Positions 18,138-29,126 are shown, counted from the stretch's first letter. The stretch: 64,000 nucleotides of DNA from an uncultured Candidatus Binatia bacterium (GCA_965200965.1 OZ241744.1:352001-416000), one strand, 5' to 3'. Notes: generated by a model not told the origin, from the sequence alone. Numbers and translations: made by a program.

Positions 18138-18936
18138 CAGCACTATCTCCGGTCAGGCGGTCAAGCAGCTCGTGCCGCACCCTGGCCCGCCGGGGGCGAC
18201 GATCAAAAAATGTCTGGACTTGCGGCATATCCAGGGCCTGGACCTCGGCCAGGGAGCCGGCCGCCAGCACCTTTCCATCGTGCAGCATCACGGCTTGATC
18301 TGCAATCATCTGAATGCTGCCCAACTCGTGGGTGACAATCAGAATGGCCATGTCGAACTGGGCTTTCAGACGCAGGACAAGTTCGTCAAGCTCCCGCGCC
18401 GTCACCGGGTCTAAGCCGGCCGACAGTTCGTCGAACAGGAGCAGGGTGGGGTCAAGGGCCAGTGCGCGGGCAACCGCGGCGCGTTTTTTCATGCCGCCGC
18501 TCAGTGCGCCCGGCAGCAGCCGGGCGGCGTGTTCGAGGCCAACCAAGGAGAGTTTCATCCGCGCCAGCATCCGGGCCGTTTCCGGCGCTGCCCCGGTGTG
18601 TTCGGTAATCGGCAGCATCACATTCTCTTCTACGCTCATTGAGTTGAACAGCGCCCCGCCCTGGAAGGACATACCGACATTGCGCAAGATGGCCTCTCGG
18701 TCCTCTTCGCCCGCCCGGTGGAGGTCTTGGCCGTCGATCAAGACCCGGCCTGAGATGGGGGTCAGCAGGCCGACGATATGGCGCAGCAGGGTTGTTTTGC
18801 CGCAGCCGCTGCCGCCCAGGATAACGGTAATTTCTCCGCGCCGGGCCTGCACATTGACCCCGCTGAGAACCGTGCGGTCGCCATAGCCGGCAACCAGATT
18901 TTCAACAACGACATAGGGAGGCTCGGGGCTTGGCAT
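18127..18936 (-). CDS. mlaF: MlaF/Mkl-type ABC ATPase
   Basis: Motifs GGSGCGKT, FQGGALF.SM, LSGGMKKR, FDELSAGLDP, VTH. Confidence 0.9.
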   Translation of the reverse strand: MPSPEPPYVVVENLVAGYGDRTVLSGVNVQARRGEITVILGGSGCGKTTLLRHIVGLLTPISGRVLIDGQDLHRAGEEDREAILRNVGMSFQGGALFNSMSVEENVMLPITEHTGAAPETARMLARMKLSLVGLEHAARLLPGALSGGMKKRAAVARALALDPTLLLFDELSAGLDPVTARELDELVLRLKAQFDMAILIVTHELGSIQMIADQAVMLHDGKVLAAGSLAEVQALDMPQVQTFFDRRPRRARVRHELLDRLTGDSADGA

Positions 18937-18953
18937 CGTGCTTCGTCCGCAGG

Positions 18954-20069
18954 TTACGACAGATAGAAAAAGATGGTGGTAAAAATGGCATCGGCCAGGA
19001 TGCAGAGCACAATTGACGTTACGACCGAAGCGGTGGTACTGCTTCCCACGCCCTCTGCTCCGCCCTGGACATACACGCCGCGATAGCAGGCCACGAGCCC
19101 GATCACGCCGGCGAAGACCACGCTCTTGACCATCCCGACTACGAGGTCCCCTATCAGCAGGGCTTGAGCGGTCTGCTGTACATAGTTGCGGCTGCCCAGG
19201 CCGAGCAGGAGAACGCCGACCCAGTAACCGCCAAAAATGCCGGCCAGATTCGAGAGCACGGTCAGGCACGGCACGGCGCACAACAGGGCCACGACACGGG
19301 GCAGGAGGAGGAAGCGGCCCGGGCTCAGGGCCATGGTCCGCATGGCGTCAATCTCCTCCGATACGACCATTGTGCCCAGCTCCGCGCTAATGGCCGAGCC
19401 GCTGCGACCCGCGACAATGACCGCGGTAATCAGCGGTGCCATTTCGCGGGCCATCGACACGCCGACGAGGTTGGCAATATAGATGGCGGCCCCGAACTGG
19501 CGCAGCTGACTGGCCGCGTTGAGGGCCAGCACCGCGCCGACCAGAAAGGAGAGAAAGGTGACAATCGGGATGCCTTCAATGCCGATCTTGACGAGCTGTT
19601 CTCCGGTCCGGTCCCATTTCACGCCCTTGCCGCGCCACGGCGCAATACACAGCCAGTAGGCCAGCTCGCCGATCATATCCAGCAACCGACGCCCGGTCGT
19701 CAGCAGGGCAAGCGTCTGGTCGCCCAGCTGCTCAAACAAAGACAGCCGGCCCCGGGCGACCTGGGGCCGGCTGAGCAGATCCGCCTCAAGACCGCTGAAA
19801 GCCTGACGTACTCCGGCAGACAGACCTGTAAAGCGGACCTTCAGCCCCCGGGCTTGGCACTCAACAACGATCTGTAACAGGCTGGCCGACTCAAGGCTGT
19901 TCATCTGTTGGAGGTCACGACAATCGAAGACCACGCGCGAGCCGGTCGGGGCGTGTCCGAGGGTGCGCCGAATCTCCTTGAGCTGCCGCCGCAAACGCTG
20001 GCTGGCGTCTGGACCACGGGCGGCCGCTTGAGGGTCCGTCGGCAACATACGGAATTCCAAAGTGCTCAT
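18954..20069 (-). CDS. mlaE: MlaE permease with N-terminal STAS-like domain
   Basis: Motifs REMAPLITAVIVAGRSGSA..AELGTM...EEIDA and GGAEGVG..TT..VV; STAS-like FDCRDLQQMNS. Confidence 0.88.
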   Translation of the reverse strand: MSTLEFRMLPTDPQAAARGPDASQRLRRQLKEIRRTLGHAPTGSRVVFDCRDLQQMNSLESASLLQIVVECQARGLKVRFTGLSAGVRQAFSGLEADLLSRPQVARGRLSLFEQLGDQTLALLTTGRRLLDMIGELAYWLCIAPWRGKGVKWDRTGEQLVKIGIEGIPIVTFLSFLVGAVLALNAASQLRQFGAAIYIANLVGVSMAREMAPLITAVIVAGRSGSAISAELGTMVVSEEIDAMRTMALSPGRFLLLPRVVALLCAVPCLTVLSNLAGIFGGYWVGVLLLGLGSRNYVQQTAQALLIGDLVVGMVKSVVFAGVIGLVACYRGVYVQGGAEGVGSSTTASVVTSIVLCILADAIFTTIFFYLS

Positions 20070-20196
20070 GGTGCCGGTCGCAGCCTTTCTTGGGTACGCT
20101 GGGTCAGCCGTCCGGTCCATCCTGGCATGGGATAGGGTGATCGCGGTACCCTTGTACTGTCCCGCTCACCTCTCTGATCGTGTAGCACAGCTCGCA

Positions 20197-20225
20197 TTGA
20201 CACGCTCCCCCGCCTTGCCTAGACT
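20197..20225 (+). promoter_or_regulatory. Sigma70-type promoter for LysRS
   Basis: TTGACA-N17-TAGACT. Confidence 0.6.
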
Positions 20226-20312
20226 CGGGGCTGTCCGTGTGCCGTCGGCGGCTTGGCCGGCGGCAAACCACCACCGCAGCATGGCGACACAATTCGAGGA
20301 TGGAGCAGGCTC

Positions 20313-22157
20313 ATGTTATGGTGCGACAAGCTCGTCAAGCGGGTGTCCGGTTCGCAGTTGATTAACGATTCCAAGACACCCTCAGGCCGGGTGCATGTCG
20401 GCGCGCTGCGGGGCGTGCTGATCCACGACGCCATCTTTCGGACCCTCAAAGACCAGGGTATCCCGGCCCGCTATACCTTTGGTGTTGACGACTATGATCC
20501 GCTTGACGAGCTGCCGGCCGGCCACGCCGCGTTTTTCCGCCCGTATCTGGGAGTGCCGCTGTGTCAGGTCCCGCCGCCGCCGGGCTCTTCGGCACCGGAT
20601 GTGGCCGAGCATTATATTGGGGAGTTTTTTGACATCTTTCGGGAGTTGGGGGTTGAGGCAGAAACCTACCGGATGCGGGATATCTACCGATCGGGGCAGT
20701 TTAACGAGGCGATTGATGCCATCCTGCACAACGCGGACAAGGTGCGCCGGGTCTACAAAGATGTCAGCAACTCCGATCGCCCCGACACTTGGTATCCCTT
20801 CCAGGTGGTGTGTGAGACGTGTGGACGGATCGGGACGACCGAAGTCAGCGACTATGACGGTCGAGAAGTCAGCTACACCTGCCGGCCCGCTCTTGTCACC
20901 TGGGCGACGGGCTGTGGACACACCGGCAAGGTCTCGCCTTTTGACGGCCGGGGCAAGCTGCCCTGGAAGCTGGAGTGGACGGCAAAGTGGCAGACCTTTG
21001 GCGTTACGATTGAAGGCGCGGGCAAAGACCACAATACCAAGGGCGGCTCTCGCGACGTGTCAGCCGCGTGTCTGCGGACCATTTTTGACCGGCAGCCCCC
21101 GCTGAATATCCCCTACGAGTTTTTCCTGGTCGGCGGGGCCAAGATGAGTTCGTCCAAGGGGATTGGCGTGTCGGCCCGGGACATGGCCGATTTTCTGCCA
21201 CCCGAAATGCTCCGCTTTCTGATGATCCGTACCCAGCCCAAGCAGCCGGTGAATTTCTCGCCGGACGAAAAGTCGATCATCAAAATTTTTAACGACTTTG
21301 ATCGGCTTCATACGCGCACGCATCACGAGCTCACAGTATCGCCGGATGACAAGCGGGTGTATCAATTGTCACAGATTGCGTCCCAGGGCGATTTCTACGC
21401 CGTCGACTTTCAGCTCGTCGCAACGGTTGCCCAACTGCCCCATCTCGATCTTGCCGGCGAGGTTGAGAAGCGCAAAGGCACTCCGCTGACCCAGCATGAA
21501 CGCGCTCAGCTCGCCCGCCGCGCCCAGGCCGCGGGCTACTGGCTGGAGCATTACGCCAGCCCGGAGGAGCGGATCGTGCTGCAAGATACGCTGCCGGAGC
21601 GGGCAGACGAACTGACCGCCAGCCAGCGCGCCTTTCTGCACCACCTCGCCGACCGCCTGCCGGGTGTCGTGTGGGAAGACAGCGCCTTGCAGACTGCGGT
21701 CTTTGATGTGGCCCGCCTCACGCCGATTGCGCCGGCCCGGGCCTTCAAGGCCCTCTACCGGGTCCTGCTTGACCGCGACTCAGGCCCCAAGGCCGGCAAG
21801 CTGCTGGCCTTTCTGGATCGGGGCTTCCTGATGAAGCGCTTTCAAGAGTTGGGCTACAGTCAGGAGCAGGTCTGGCAAGAGACCGGTCTCACCCCGGCTG
21901 ACTTTGATGCCTGGCTGGCCGAGCATCGAGCGCGTATCACCCGCTTCAGCACTGAGGCTAAACTCGGCCAAGTCCGGCCTGAGGCAGTGACACGGCTGGG
22001 GGTTGTTGAATATACTGTTGAGCTTGACGACAGCAAAACGCATATGCGGCGCGTCGTGCTGGGGGAGTTTGCCGAACGGGTGGCCTTTGAGGCGGCGGTG
22101 CAGGAGTATGTCGGGCAGGAGCAAAGCACACCACACCACGAGGGAGATTGGCGATGA
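20313..22157 (+). CDS. lysS: Class I lysyl-tRNA synthetase
   Basis: Motifs TPSGRVHVG (HIGH-like), DDYD, CxxCG, CGH.G, GKLPWK.EW, E.AGKDH, KMSSSKG. Confidence 0.93.
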   Translation: MLWCDKLVKRVSGSQLINDSKTPSGRVHVGALRGVLIHDAIFRTLKDQGIPARYTFGVDDYDPLDELPAGHAAFFRPYLGVPLCQVPPPPGSSAPDVAEHYIGEFFDIFRELGVEAETYRMRDIYRSGQFNEAIDAILHNADKVRRVYKDVSNSDRPDTWYPFQVVCETCGRIGTTEVSDYDGREVSYTCRPALVTWATGCGHTGKVSPFDGRGKLPWKLEWTAKWQTFGVTIEGAGKDHNTKGGSRDVSAACLRTIFDRQPPLNIPYEFFLVGGAKMSSSKGIGVSARDMADFLPPEMLRFLMIRTQPKQPVNFSPDEKSIIKIFNDFDRLHTRTHHELTVSPDDKRVYQLSQIASQGDFYAVDFQLVATVAQLPHLDLAGEVEKRKGTPLTQHERAQLARRAQAAGYWLEHYASPEERIVLQDTLPERADELTASQRAFLHHLADRLPGVVWEDSALQTAVFDVARLTPIAPARAFKALYRVLLDRDSGPKAGKLLAFLDRGFLMKRFQELGYSQEQVWQETGLTPADFDAWLAEHRARITRFSTEAKLGQVRPEAVTRLGVVEYTVELDDSKTHMRRVVLGEFAERVAFEAAVQEYVGQEQSTPHHEGDWR

Positions 22158-22691
22158 CAGCTTCCGAGATCAGAGAACACTTTGCGAGCCTGTCGTATGC
22201 GTATGAACAAGACATTCGCAAACAGCCTGATGATTATCGCCATAGAACGTTTCGCACCGGATGGAGCCGAGTTGTAGACGGTAGGGTTTATGCGGAAAGG
22301 AGCCTAAGGCGGCTCACATGGGCCAACGTTTTGGTTCTCAGCCTGATGAACAAATTGACAAAGCATTTCAAGTGCTGGCCGACGATTCTGGACGGAAGCC
22401 CGGAAGCCGGCCACAAACAAACTATATAACTACTTCCCCGCTGAGATCGCCGAAAAGAGCGATCTGCAAGAAGGAAAGAAGTGCCAGATCACTGCCAACA
22501 AATACGAACGCAATCCCGAGGCTCCTGGGCAGTGCCTCAAACGCTATGGTGCGAAGTGTTGCATTTGCGACTTCTCATTTGGGGACGCATATGGCGATGT
22601 CGCCGAGGGCTTTATCCAGGTGCATCATGTCAAACCGGTGTCGGTGAAAAGAGGAACGGGACATAAGGTTGATCCAAGAAAAGACCTCCGC
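22154..22691 (+). pseudogene. Degraded McrA-like HNH endonuclease
   Basis: The last frame reads EG...NKYERNP...C...YG..CCICDFSF...YG....FIQVHHVKP...VDP.KDLR and lacks the expected CPNCH. The upstream part is split over frames. Confidence 0.75.
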
Positions 22692-22986
22692 TTCCCGGTT
22701 GCCGGCCCCGAGCCCAGCCAGCAGCGGCGCGCTGGGCTGCCAAGCAGCTGGCCATGGGAAGTGCCTAGTCTGCCATCAAGAACAGCATCTCCTCAATCGT
22801 ATCTCTTCTTTGTCTTCCGGGGTCGGGTCTTCTGCTGTCCGCTCTTCTGCCTCCAGGCTGAACACTTGAGAGGCGGATGTACTGATGAGCCGCGTTCCGG
22901 TTATTGTATATCGCCGTGAGACAATCATAGTGATCAAGGAATCTGCCGTACATGAACCGACAGACTGTGCCGTGTAGACGGGGCTG

Positions 22987-25551
22987 CTACGGCGTCCACT
23001 CAAAATAATTGCGCAGGTTGTCTGACTCGCGCTGCTGACAGGCAACGGCGATGCGCAGCTTCTCCAGGTGCTGTTGGATCATTTTTTCGCCCCCTTTGAC
23101 CGGATGGGCGGCAAAGAAGGCCGCCACATCGGCTTCGAGTTCGGGCGTGATCAGACCGGTAATCCCCTCGCACATACGCGGGATGGTGCTGTCCGGGTAG
23201 TGGCGCAGCATGTCGTCCCAGTTGTCTTTCAAGAACTGCCAGGCGCGCTCGCGCCGGTGGGTGTTGAGCAGCAGTTCGCGCATAAGAAAGGGCGCGTTCT
23301 GGGTACGGACCTCGCTGTTGGTGGTCAGCGCGAGCGCCCGCTCAAACAGCTCGGACGGCTGAAAGGCGGCCAGGGCAAACAGGTAGCGCATCTCCTCCTG
23401 GGGGGTCGTGGCCGTCTTACAGGCGGCGTAAAACTCGCCATAGTCCGCCTCAGTGCCGCTATGGGCCACGATCGAGACCAGCGCCGGGACGAGGTTGGGA
23501 TCGACCGAGGCGCTGTCGGACTTATACGCGACATAGCGGGCTCGCGCCTCGGCTTGGGTGGCGCGGTCGTTACCCAGGGTGCCCAGTGCGTTGAGCAGTT
23601 CCCCGCGGAGCTGACCGACCAGGGCATCTTCTCCGTCGGCCGGCTGCCAGCCCAGACGCCGTATGCTGGGACCGACCAGACTGTGGACCCGGGCGTGCAG
23701 GGCCGGGCGCTGAGCGGGGTCAAGCAGGCGGTTGAGGTAGCGGAGCGAGCCGAGAATGGCGCTCCAGACAGTATGCTCGGTTTCGTCCTCGAACAGCAGC
23801 AGCAGGTCCATATAGTCGGCCAGGGGGGTGAGACCGGCCAGGGCGGCGGCCCAGGTATCGTTGACCAGATTAAAGCGTTCGACCGCGGACAGATTGTCGT
23901 GGACAGTGCCGGTCAGCCGCTTGAGCAGGTCCGGGCTGTAGCGCACGCGATAGAAGCCGTGACCGTCGGCGTTGACCACTACCCAGTCTGGCCTCGCCGG
24001 GAAGTTGAGGCGGACCTCGCCTTCCTCCAGCAGAACGGTTCGGGTCAGTTCCTGACCGCCGCTCCTGGCTCGAATGGACACGGGTACCTGCCAGCGCCGG
24101 CCCGCGTCGGCCTCAGCCGGGAGATACTGGAAGATATGCTGGGACAAGACCAGTGTGGTGTCTTCAACTGTGGCCGAAATCAGGGGATGGCCGGGCTGAA
24201 ACACCCACGAGTCCATCATGCTGCGCACCGGCTGCCCGGCCGACTCCTCAATGGCGTTCCACAGGTCGGTGGTCTCGGCGTTGCCGTAGGCGTGCTTGTG
24301 GATGTAGTTGCTGATGCCGGACCGGAAGGTCTCTGGACCGAGGTATTGTTCCAGCATGCGCAGGACCGCAGCACCCTTTTCGTAGGTCAGCGTGTCAAAC
24401 ATGCCGGCCGCCTCGTCCGGGTGGCGAACCGGAAACTCGACCGACCGGGTGCTCTGCAAGCCATCGATCTGGAGCGCTGCGGCACGCGACACGGCAAAGC
24501 TCGTCCAGCGCTGCCACTCGGGCTTCCAGTCATCAACGGCTATCATTTCCATGAAGGTAGCAAACGCCTCGTTGAGCCACAGGCCGTTCCACCATTTCAT
24601 GGTGACCAGATCGCCGAACCACATGTGGGCGTTTTCGTGCGACACCACATCGGCCACCCGTTCCAGCTCACTCCGGGCCGCCTGGTTTTCATTGACCAGC
24701 AACGCGGTCTCACGGAAGGTAATGGCCCCCAGATTCTCCATGGCACCAAAGGCAAAGTCGGGAATGGCGATCAGATCGAGCTTGTCGCCCGGGTACTTGC
24801 GGCCGTAGTAGCGGCTGAAAAATGCCAGCGAGGCGGCCCCGATGGCCTGTCCGAAAGCTGCCAGGTGGCCCTTGCCCGGCACCGCCCAGACCCGTAGCGG
24901 GGTGCCGTCAATGTCGGTCGGCTCGGTGGCCTCGAACTCGCCGACGATGAAGGCGACGAGGTAGCTCGACATTGTGATCGTGTCGGCAAAGACGACCTCT
25001 TTTTGCCCTGTCGGCGGGAGGGGGGTCTCGCGTACAATTGCCGTGTTGGAGATGGCGGTAAGGGCAGCGTCAATCACCAGGGTGACCTGAAAGACCGCTT
25101 TTATGGCCGGCTCGTCCCAGCACGGAAAGGCGCGGCGGGCGTCGGTTGATTCAAACTGGGTCGAGGCTAGGACCTTCTCCTGGCCGTCGGCCGCGGTATA
25201 GGTGCTGCGGTAAAAGCCCTTGAGCTTATCGTTGAGGATACCGCTGAAGGCGAGGGAGAGCGTCCAGGTGCCGGGGGCCAGGAGCTGGGGAAAGTGGAAG
25301 GTTGCCCGTTCGTTGGCGCTGTCGAGGCTGACCGTGCCGGCGAGTGTCCGGCCGTCCAGGCCGCTGACCGATACGCTGTGAATCGTCAGTTCGATAGCGT
25401 TCAACACAATCTCGCTGACCGGCTCATGAATGGTAATAGCGACAGTCTCCTCCCCGGCAAAGGTAAACGCGCCGAGGTCTGGGATGAGACGGATGGCGTA
25501 GTGTTGGGGGCTGACGCTGGTGGGTAGCTTATAGGCCGGTGTTGCTGTCAT
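22987..25551 (-). CDS. M1 family aminopeptidase (puromycin-sensitive/ERAP-like C-terminus)
   Basis: Motifs GFYRS, ARRAFPCWDEP, GAMEN, HENAH...LWLNE, YEKG. Confidence 0.93.
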   Translation of the reverse strand: MTATPAYKLPTSVSPQHYAIRLIPDLGAFTFAGEETVAITIHEPVSEIVLNAIELTIHSVSVSGLDGRTLAGTVSLDSANERATFHFPQLLAPGTWTLSLAFSGILNDKLKGFYRSTYTAADGQEKVLASTQFESTDARRAFPCWDEPAIKAVFQVTLVIDAALTAISNTAIVRETPLPPTGQKEVVFADTITMSSYLVAFIVGEFEATEPTDIDGTPLRVWAVPGKGHLAAFGQAIGAASLAFFSRYYGRKYPGDKLDLIAIPDFAFGAMENLGAITFRETALLVNENQAARSELERVADVVSHENAHMWFGDLVTMKWWNGLWLNEAFATFMEMIAVDDWKPEWQRWTSFAVSRAAALQIDGLQSTRSVEFPVRHPDEAAGMFDTLTYEKGAAVLRMLEQYLGPETFRSGISNYIHKHAYGNAETTDLWNAIEESAGQPVRSMMDSWVFQPGHPLISATVEDTTLVLSQHIFQYLPAEADAGRRWQVPVSIRARSGGQELTRTVLLEEGEVRLNFPARPDWVVVNADGHGFYRVRYSPDLLKRLTGTVHDNLSAVERFNLVNDTWAAALAGLTPLADYMDLLLLFEDETEHTVWSAILGSLRYLNRLLDPAQRPALHARVHSLVGPSIRRLGWQPADGEDALVGQLRGELLNALGTLGNDRATQAEARARYVAYKSDSASVDPNLVPALVSIVAHSGTEADYGEFYAACKTATTPQEEMRYLFALAAFQPSELFERALALTTNSEVRTQNAPFLMRELLLNTHRRERAWQFLKDNWDDMLRHYPDSTIPRMCEGITGLITPELEADVAAFFAAHPVKGGEKMIQQHLEKLRIAVACQQRESDNLRNYFEWTP

Positions 25552-25685
25552 ACTAGGCTCCATATACGGGCGGTTTGGGCCCAAGCCTTAGCAGAAACCG
25601 GGTCCTCTTGGCAAACCGCGGCCTGAACGATATGGACAGGGGAGAGCGCCGGCGGACGGGCGTTCTCTGCACGACGGAGGGGGAT

Positions 25686-26009
25686 ATGGCCAACGAGTAC
25701 GAGAACGACACGGACCTTGATCGTGGGGTCATCACCGAGACAGAGAAAAAGACCAAAAAGCCGCCCCTGTACAAGGTGCTGTTGCACAACGACGATTACA
25801 CTACGATGGAGTTTGTCGTCTATATTCTCCAGTCGGTCTTTAACCACGACGCCACCAAAGCCACCCAAGTCATGCTGCATGTCCACCGCAAGGGCCTGGG
25901 GGTGGCCGGGGTGTATACCTACGAGGTGGCTGAGACTAAGGTGGACAAGGTCCACGCTCTGGCCAAGCAGTACGAGTTTCCCCTGAAGTGTAGTATGGAA
26001 GAAGCCTGA
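25686..26009 (+). CDS. clpS: ClpAP adaptor ClpS
   Basis: Motifs YKVLLHNDDYTTMEFVV, MLHVH..G, FPLKC. Confidence 0.96.
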   Translation: MANEYENDTDLDRGVITETEKKTKKPPLYKVLLHNDDYTTMEFVVYILQSVFNHDATKATQVMLHVHRKGLGVAGVYTYEVAETKVDKVHALAKQYEFPLKCSMEEA

Positions 26010-26086
26010 GCCTGCGGCCGCCCAACACGACGGCTGAAAAGAACACAGCTTCCCGGGCCCGGCCCGTGGAAGGAGTGGAGCAGAGA

Positions 26087-28417
26087 ATGCAAATTAGTCG
26101 GGAATTTGAAAGTGCCCTGACCTTGGCCATTAAAGAAGCCAGACGCCACCGGCACGAGTTTCTGTGTCTTGAGCATGTGTTATACGCCCTGTCGTTTGAC
26201 GAGGATGTGGCCGAAATTATCCGCAGTTGCGGCGGGGATGTGGAGCAGCTGCAAAAGGACTTGCTGAAATTCTTTGAGGAGAACATCGAGTCCTTGCCCG
26301 AAGAGAGCGATGTCGATCCGCAGCAGACCTCGGGCTTTCGGCGGGTGTTGCAGCGGGCGGCCATGCATGTCCAGTCCAACGGCAAAGATATTGTCGAGGG
26401 GCGCAATTTCCTGGTCGCGCTGTTCCGAGAAAAAGACAGCCACGCCCTGTACTTTTTACAAAAGCAGGGCATCAGCCGTCTGGATGTGCTGAACTACATC
26501 TCGCACGGCATCTCCAAGGTCCAACCCGATGAGGAGGACGAACCGGCCACCGGACCGGAGACTGACGGCCCAGACGAAGAGGGCGAGGCCCGCCCGGCCA
26601 AAGATCCGCTCAAGGCCTTTACGGCTGATCTGGTCCAACGCGCCAGAGACGGCGAGATTGACCCCCTGATCGGCCGCGAGGTCGAGGTCGAACGCACGGT
26701 CCATGTGCTGTGCCGGCGGCGCAAGAACAATCCGGTCTATGTGGGCGATTCCGGGGTAGGAAAAACGGCCATCGCCGACGGGCTGGCGCTTCAGATTGCC
26801 AACGGTGAGGTGCCCGAGGTGATCAAAGACGCCAAGATATACTCTCTGGATATGGGCGCGGTGCTGGCTGGCACGAAGTTTCGTGGCCAGTTTGAGGAAC
26901 GGCTGAAAGCTGTGCTGAACGCGCTCCGGAAAGATCCAAACGCCATTTTGTTTATTGATGAGATTCATACCATTGTCGGGGCCGGGGCAACGAGCGGCGG
27001 CTCAATGGACGCCTCGAATATCCTCAAACCCGCCCTGGCATCCGGGAAGCTGCGCTGCATTGGCGCGACGACCTACCACGAATACCGCAGTTATTTTGAG
27101 CGTGACCGCGCTCTGGCGCGGCGCTTTCAGAAGATCGAGGTCCACGAACCCAGTATCGAAGACGCGGTCAAGATTCTGGAGGGCCTGAAATCGTACTACG
27201 AGGACCACCACGGCGTGTCCTACACCAACGACGCGCTCAAGGCTGCGGCCGAGTTGTCGGCAAAATACATCAACGACCGCTTCCTGCCCGACAAAGCGAT
27301 TGACGTCATTGACGAGGTCGGGGCGGCCTTCAAGATCAAAACGAGCACCAACGAGGCCAAGGTTATTGGCGAGACCGATATTGAGGCGGTCGTGGCAAAG
27401 ATCGCCCGGATTCCGCCCCGCAGCGTGTCAATTTCCGACAAGGATCGGCTCCAGCGGCTCGACGCTGACCTCAAAAAGGTGGTCTTTGGCCAAGACCCGG
27501 CCATTGCGGTGATTGTCCGAGCCATCCGTCTGGCCCGGGCCGGCCTTGGTCAGCCAGAAAAGCCGGTTGGGTCGTTTCTGTTCTCCGGCCCGACCGGGGT
27601 AGGCAAGACCGAGGTGGCCAAGCAGTTGGCCCAGACCCTGGGTTTGCAATTCCTGCGCTTTGATATGAGTGAATACATGGAGAAGCATACGGTCTCACGG
27701 CTGATCGGTGCCCCGCCGGGCTATGTCGGCTTTGACCAGGGCGGGCTGCTGACCGAGGCGATCACCCGCAATCCCCATTCGGTGCTGTTGCTGGACGAGA
27801 TCGAAAAAGCCCACCCCGACCTGTTCAACATCCTGCTCCAGGTCATGGACCACGCCACCCTGACCGACAACAACGGCAAAAAAGCCGACTTCCGGCACGT
27901 CATCCTGATTATGACCAGCAATGCCGGGGCGCGCGAAATGGCCGCCACCGCGATTGGTTTTGGCGAACAGTCCAACGAGGGCAAAGACCAGCAGGCGATT
28001 GAAAAGCTGTTCAGCCCCGAGTTCCGCAACCGCCTTGACGGCATTGTCCACTTCCGGCCCCTGCCACCCGAGGCGGTTGAGCGGGTGGTGGACAAGTTCA
28101 TGAAAGAGCTGATCGATCAGTTGGCCGAGAAGAGTGTAAGCATCTCTCTGACCGACGATGCCCGTCGCTATCTGGCCGAAAAGGGCTATGACAAAACCTA
28201 CGGCGCGCGCCCTATGGCCCGCCTGATTCAGAGCGAGGTCAAACAAGTCCTGGCCGATGAGATTCTGTTCGGCCAACTCCAGAACGGCGGCACGGTCGAG
28301 ATTGACTTGGGCGAAGACGGTCTGGCGTTTCGTTATCAGTCCCGGACGGCTGCCAAGACGGACAAAGCCGCGCCGGCCGAGTCGGCCCCGGAGGTGGTCA
28401 GCGACCAACAGGACTGA
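26087..28417 (+). CDS. clpA: ATP-dependent Clp protease ATPase ClpA
   Basis: Two AAA+ modules ([16 protein letters not shown]), [18 protein letters not shown], no M-domain, follows clpS. Confidence 0.96.
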   Translation: MQISREFESALTLAIKEARRHRHEFLCLEHVLYALSFDEDVAEIIRSCGGDVEQLQKDLLKFFEENIESLPEESDVDPQQTSGFRRVLQRAAMHVQSNGKDIVEGRNFLVALFREKDSHALYFLQKQGISRLDVLNYISHGISKVQPDEEDEPATGPETDGPDEEGEARPAKDPLKAFTADLVQRARDGEIDPLIGREVEVERTVHVLCRRRKNNPVYVGDSGVGKTAIADGLALQIANGEVPEVIKDAKIYSLDMGAVLAGTKFRGQFEERLKAVLNALRKDPNAILFIDEIHTIVGAGATSGGSMDASNILKPALASGKLRCIGATTYHEYRSYFERDRALARRFQKIEVHEPSIEDAVKILEGLKSYYEDHHGVSYTNDALKAAAELSAKYINDRFLPDKAIDVIDEVGAAFKIKTSTNEAKVIGETDIEAVVAKIARIPPRSVSISDKDRLQRLDADLKKVVFGQDPAIAVIVRAIRLARAGLGQPEKPVGSFLFSGPTGVGKTEVAKQLAQTLGLQFLRFDMSEYMEKHTVSRLIGAPPGYVGFDQGGLLTEAITRNPHSVLLLDEIEKAHPDLFNILLQVMDHATLTDNNGKKADFRHVILIMTSNAGAREMAATAIGFGEQSNEGKDQQAIEKLFSPEFRNRLDGIVHFRPLPPEAVERVVDKFMKELIDQLAEKSVSISLTDDARRYLAEKGYDKTYGARPMARLIQSEVKQVLADEILFGQLQNGGTVEIDLGEDGLAFRYQSRTAAKTDKAAPAESAPEVVSDQQD

Positions 28418-28475
28418 AGAAGTTATCGGACTGCCTGTTTCAAGAAACCTTGCCTGGCATCGTCTGGCCTGTGCC

Positions 28476-29126
28476 GTGCTGGGTCGGCTGGCGGTGTGTG
28501 TCGGCTTGGCACTGAGCAGCTTGGCCGTCGCCGATGGGTCGTGTGTAGCACGGTCCGCGTGCCCTGCCACCGATCCGGCTGAGTTGGGCAAGGGGAAGCT
28601 GCTGGTGGCCGGTCGCCAACTCGCCGACCCCAACTTTGCCCAAACGGTTGTGCTGCTGCTCGGCTATGGGCGGCTGGGGGCACTCGGCGTCATTATCAAC
28701 CGTCCCACCGCGGTCCGGCTGTCCGATGTCTTGCCCGACTCTTTCCGCGTCACGCCCCAGGCTGGGGTGGTGTACAGTGGCGGGCCGGTCGCCACCACCG
28801 CCATGCTGCTGCTGTTTCGCGCCGAGCGGTACCCTGACGAGACCGAGCACATCTTTGCCGATGTCTACCTGAGCGGCAGTCAGACCGTGGTAGAGGACAA
28901 GTTCGCCCGGGGCGGCCTGTTTCGGATGTATGCCGGTCATGCCGGCTGGGCTCCCGGCCAACTCGACAACGAGGTTGCCAGGGGTGACTGGCACATCGTC
29001 CCGGCCGATATCGACACGGTGTTTCGCAAACCCGCGGAAAACATGTGGTCTGAGTTGATTCAGCGCGGCACCGGCCGTTGGGTGAACTTTCAGCCGTCGC
29101 TCTTGGCGGAGCTTGGCCGAGGCTGA
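28476..29126 (+). CDS. YqgE/AlgH family protein with hydrophobic N-terminal extension (start uncertain)
   Basis: Motifs LLVA...DPNF..TVVLL, G.IINRP, GGPV, GHAGW.PGQL..E...G.W. Confidence 0.8.
   Translation: MLGRLAVCVGLALSSLAVADGSCVARSACPATDPAELGKGKLLVAGRQLADPNFAQTVVLLLGYGRLGALGVIINRPTAVRLSDVLPDSFRVTPQAGVVYSGGPVATTAMLLLFRAERYPDETEHIFADVYLSGSQTVVEDKFARGGLFRMYAGHAGWAPGQLDNEVARGDWHIVPADIDTVFRKPAENMWSELIQRGTGRWVNFQPSLLAELGRG

Noticed and set aside
23068-24897. 609-aa plus-strand ORF and similar long ORFs (12623-13900, 56111-57631, 49387-50358, 52830-53789)
   Set aside because: Antisense shadows of well-supported genes, expected in GC-rich DNA, with no recognisable motifs.
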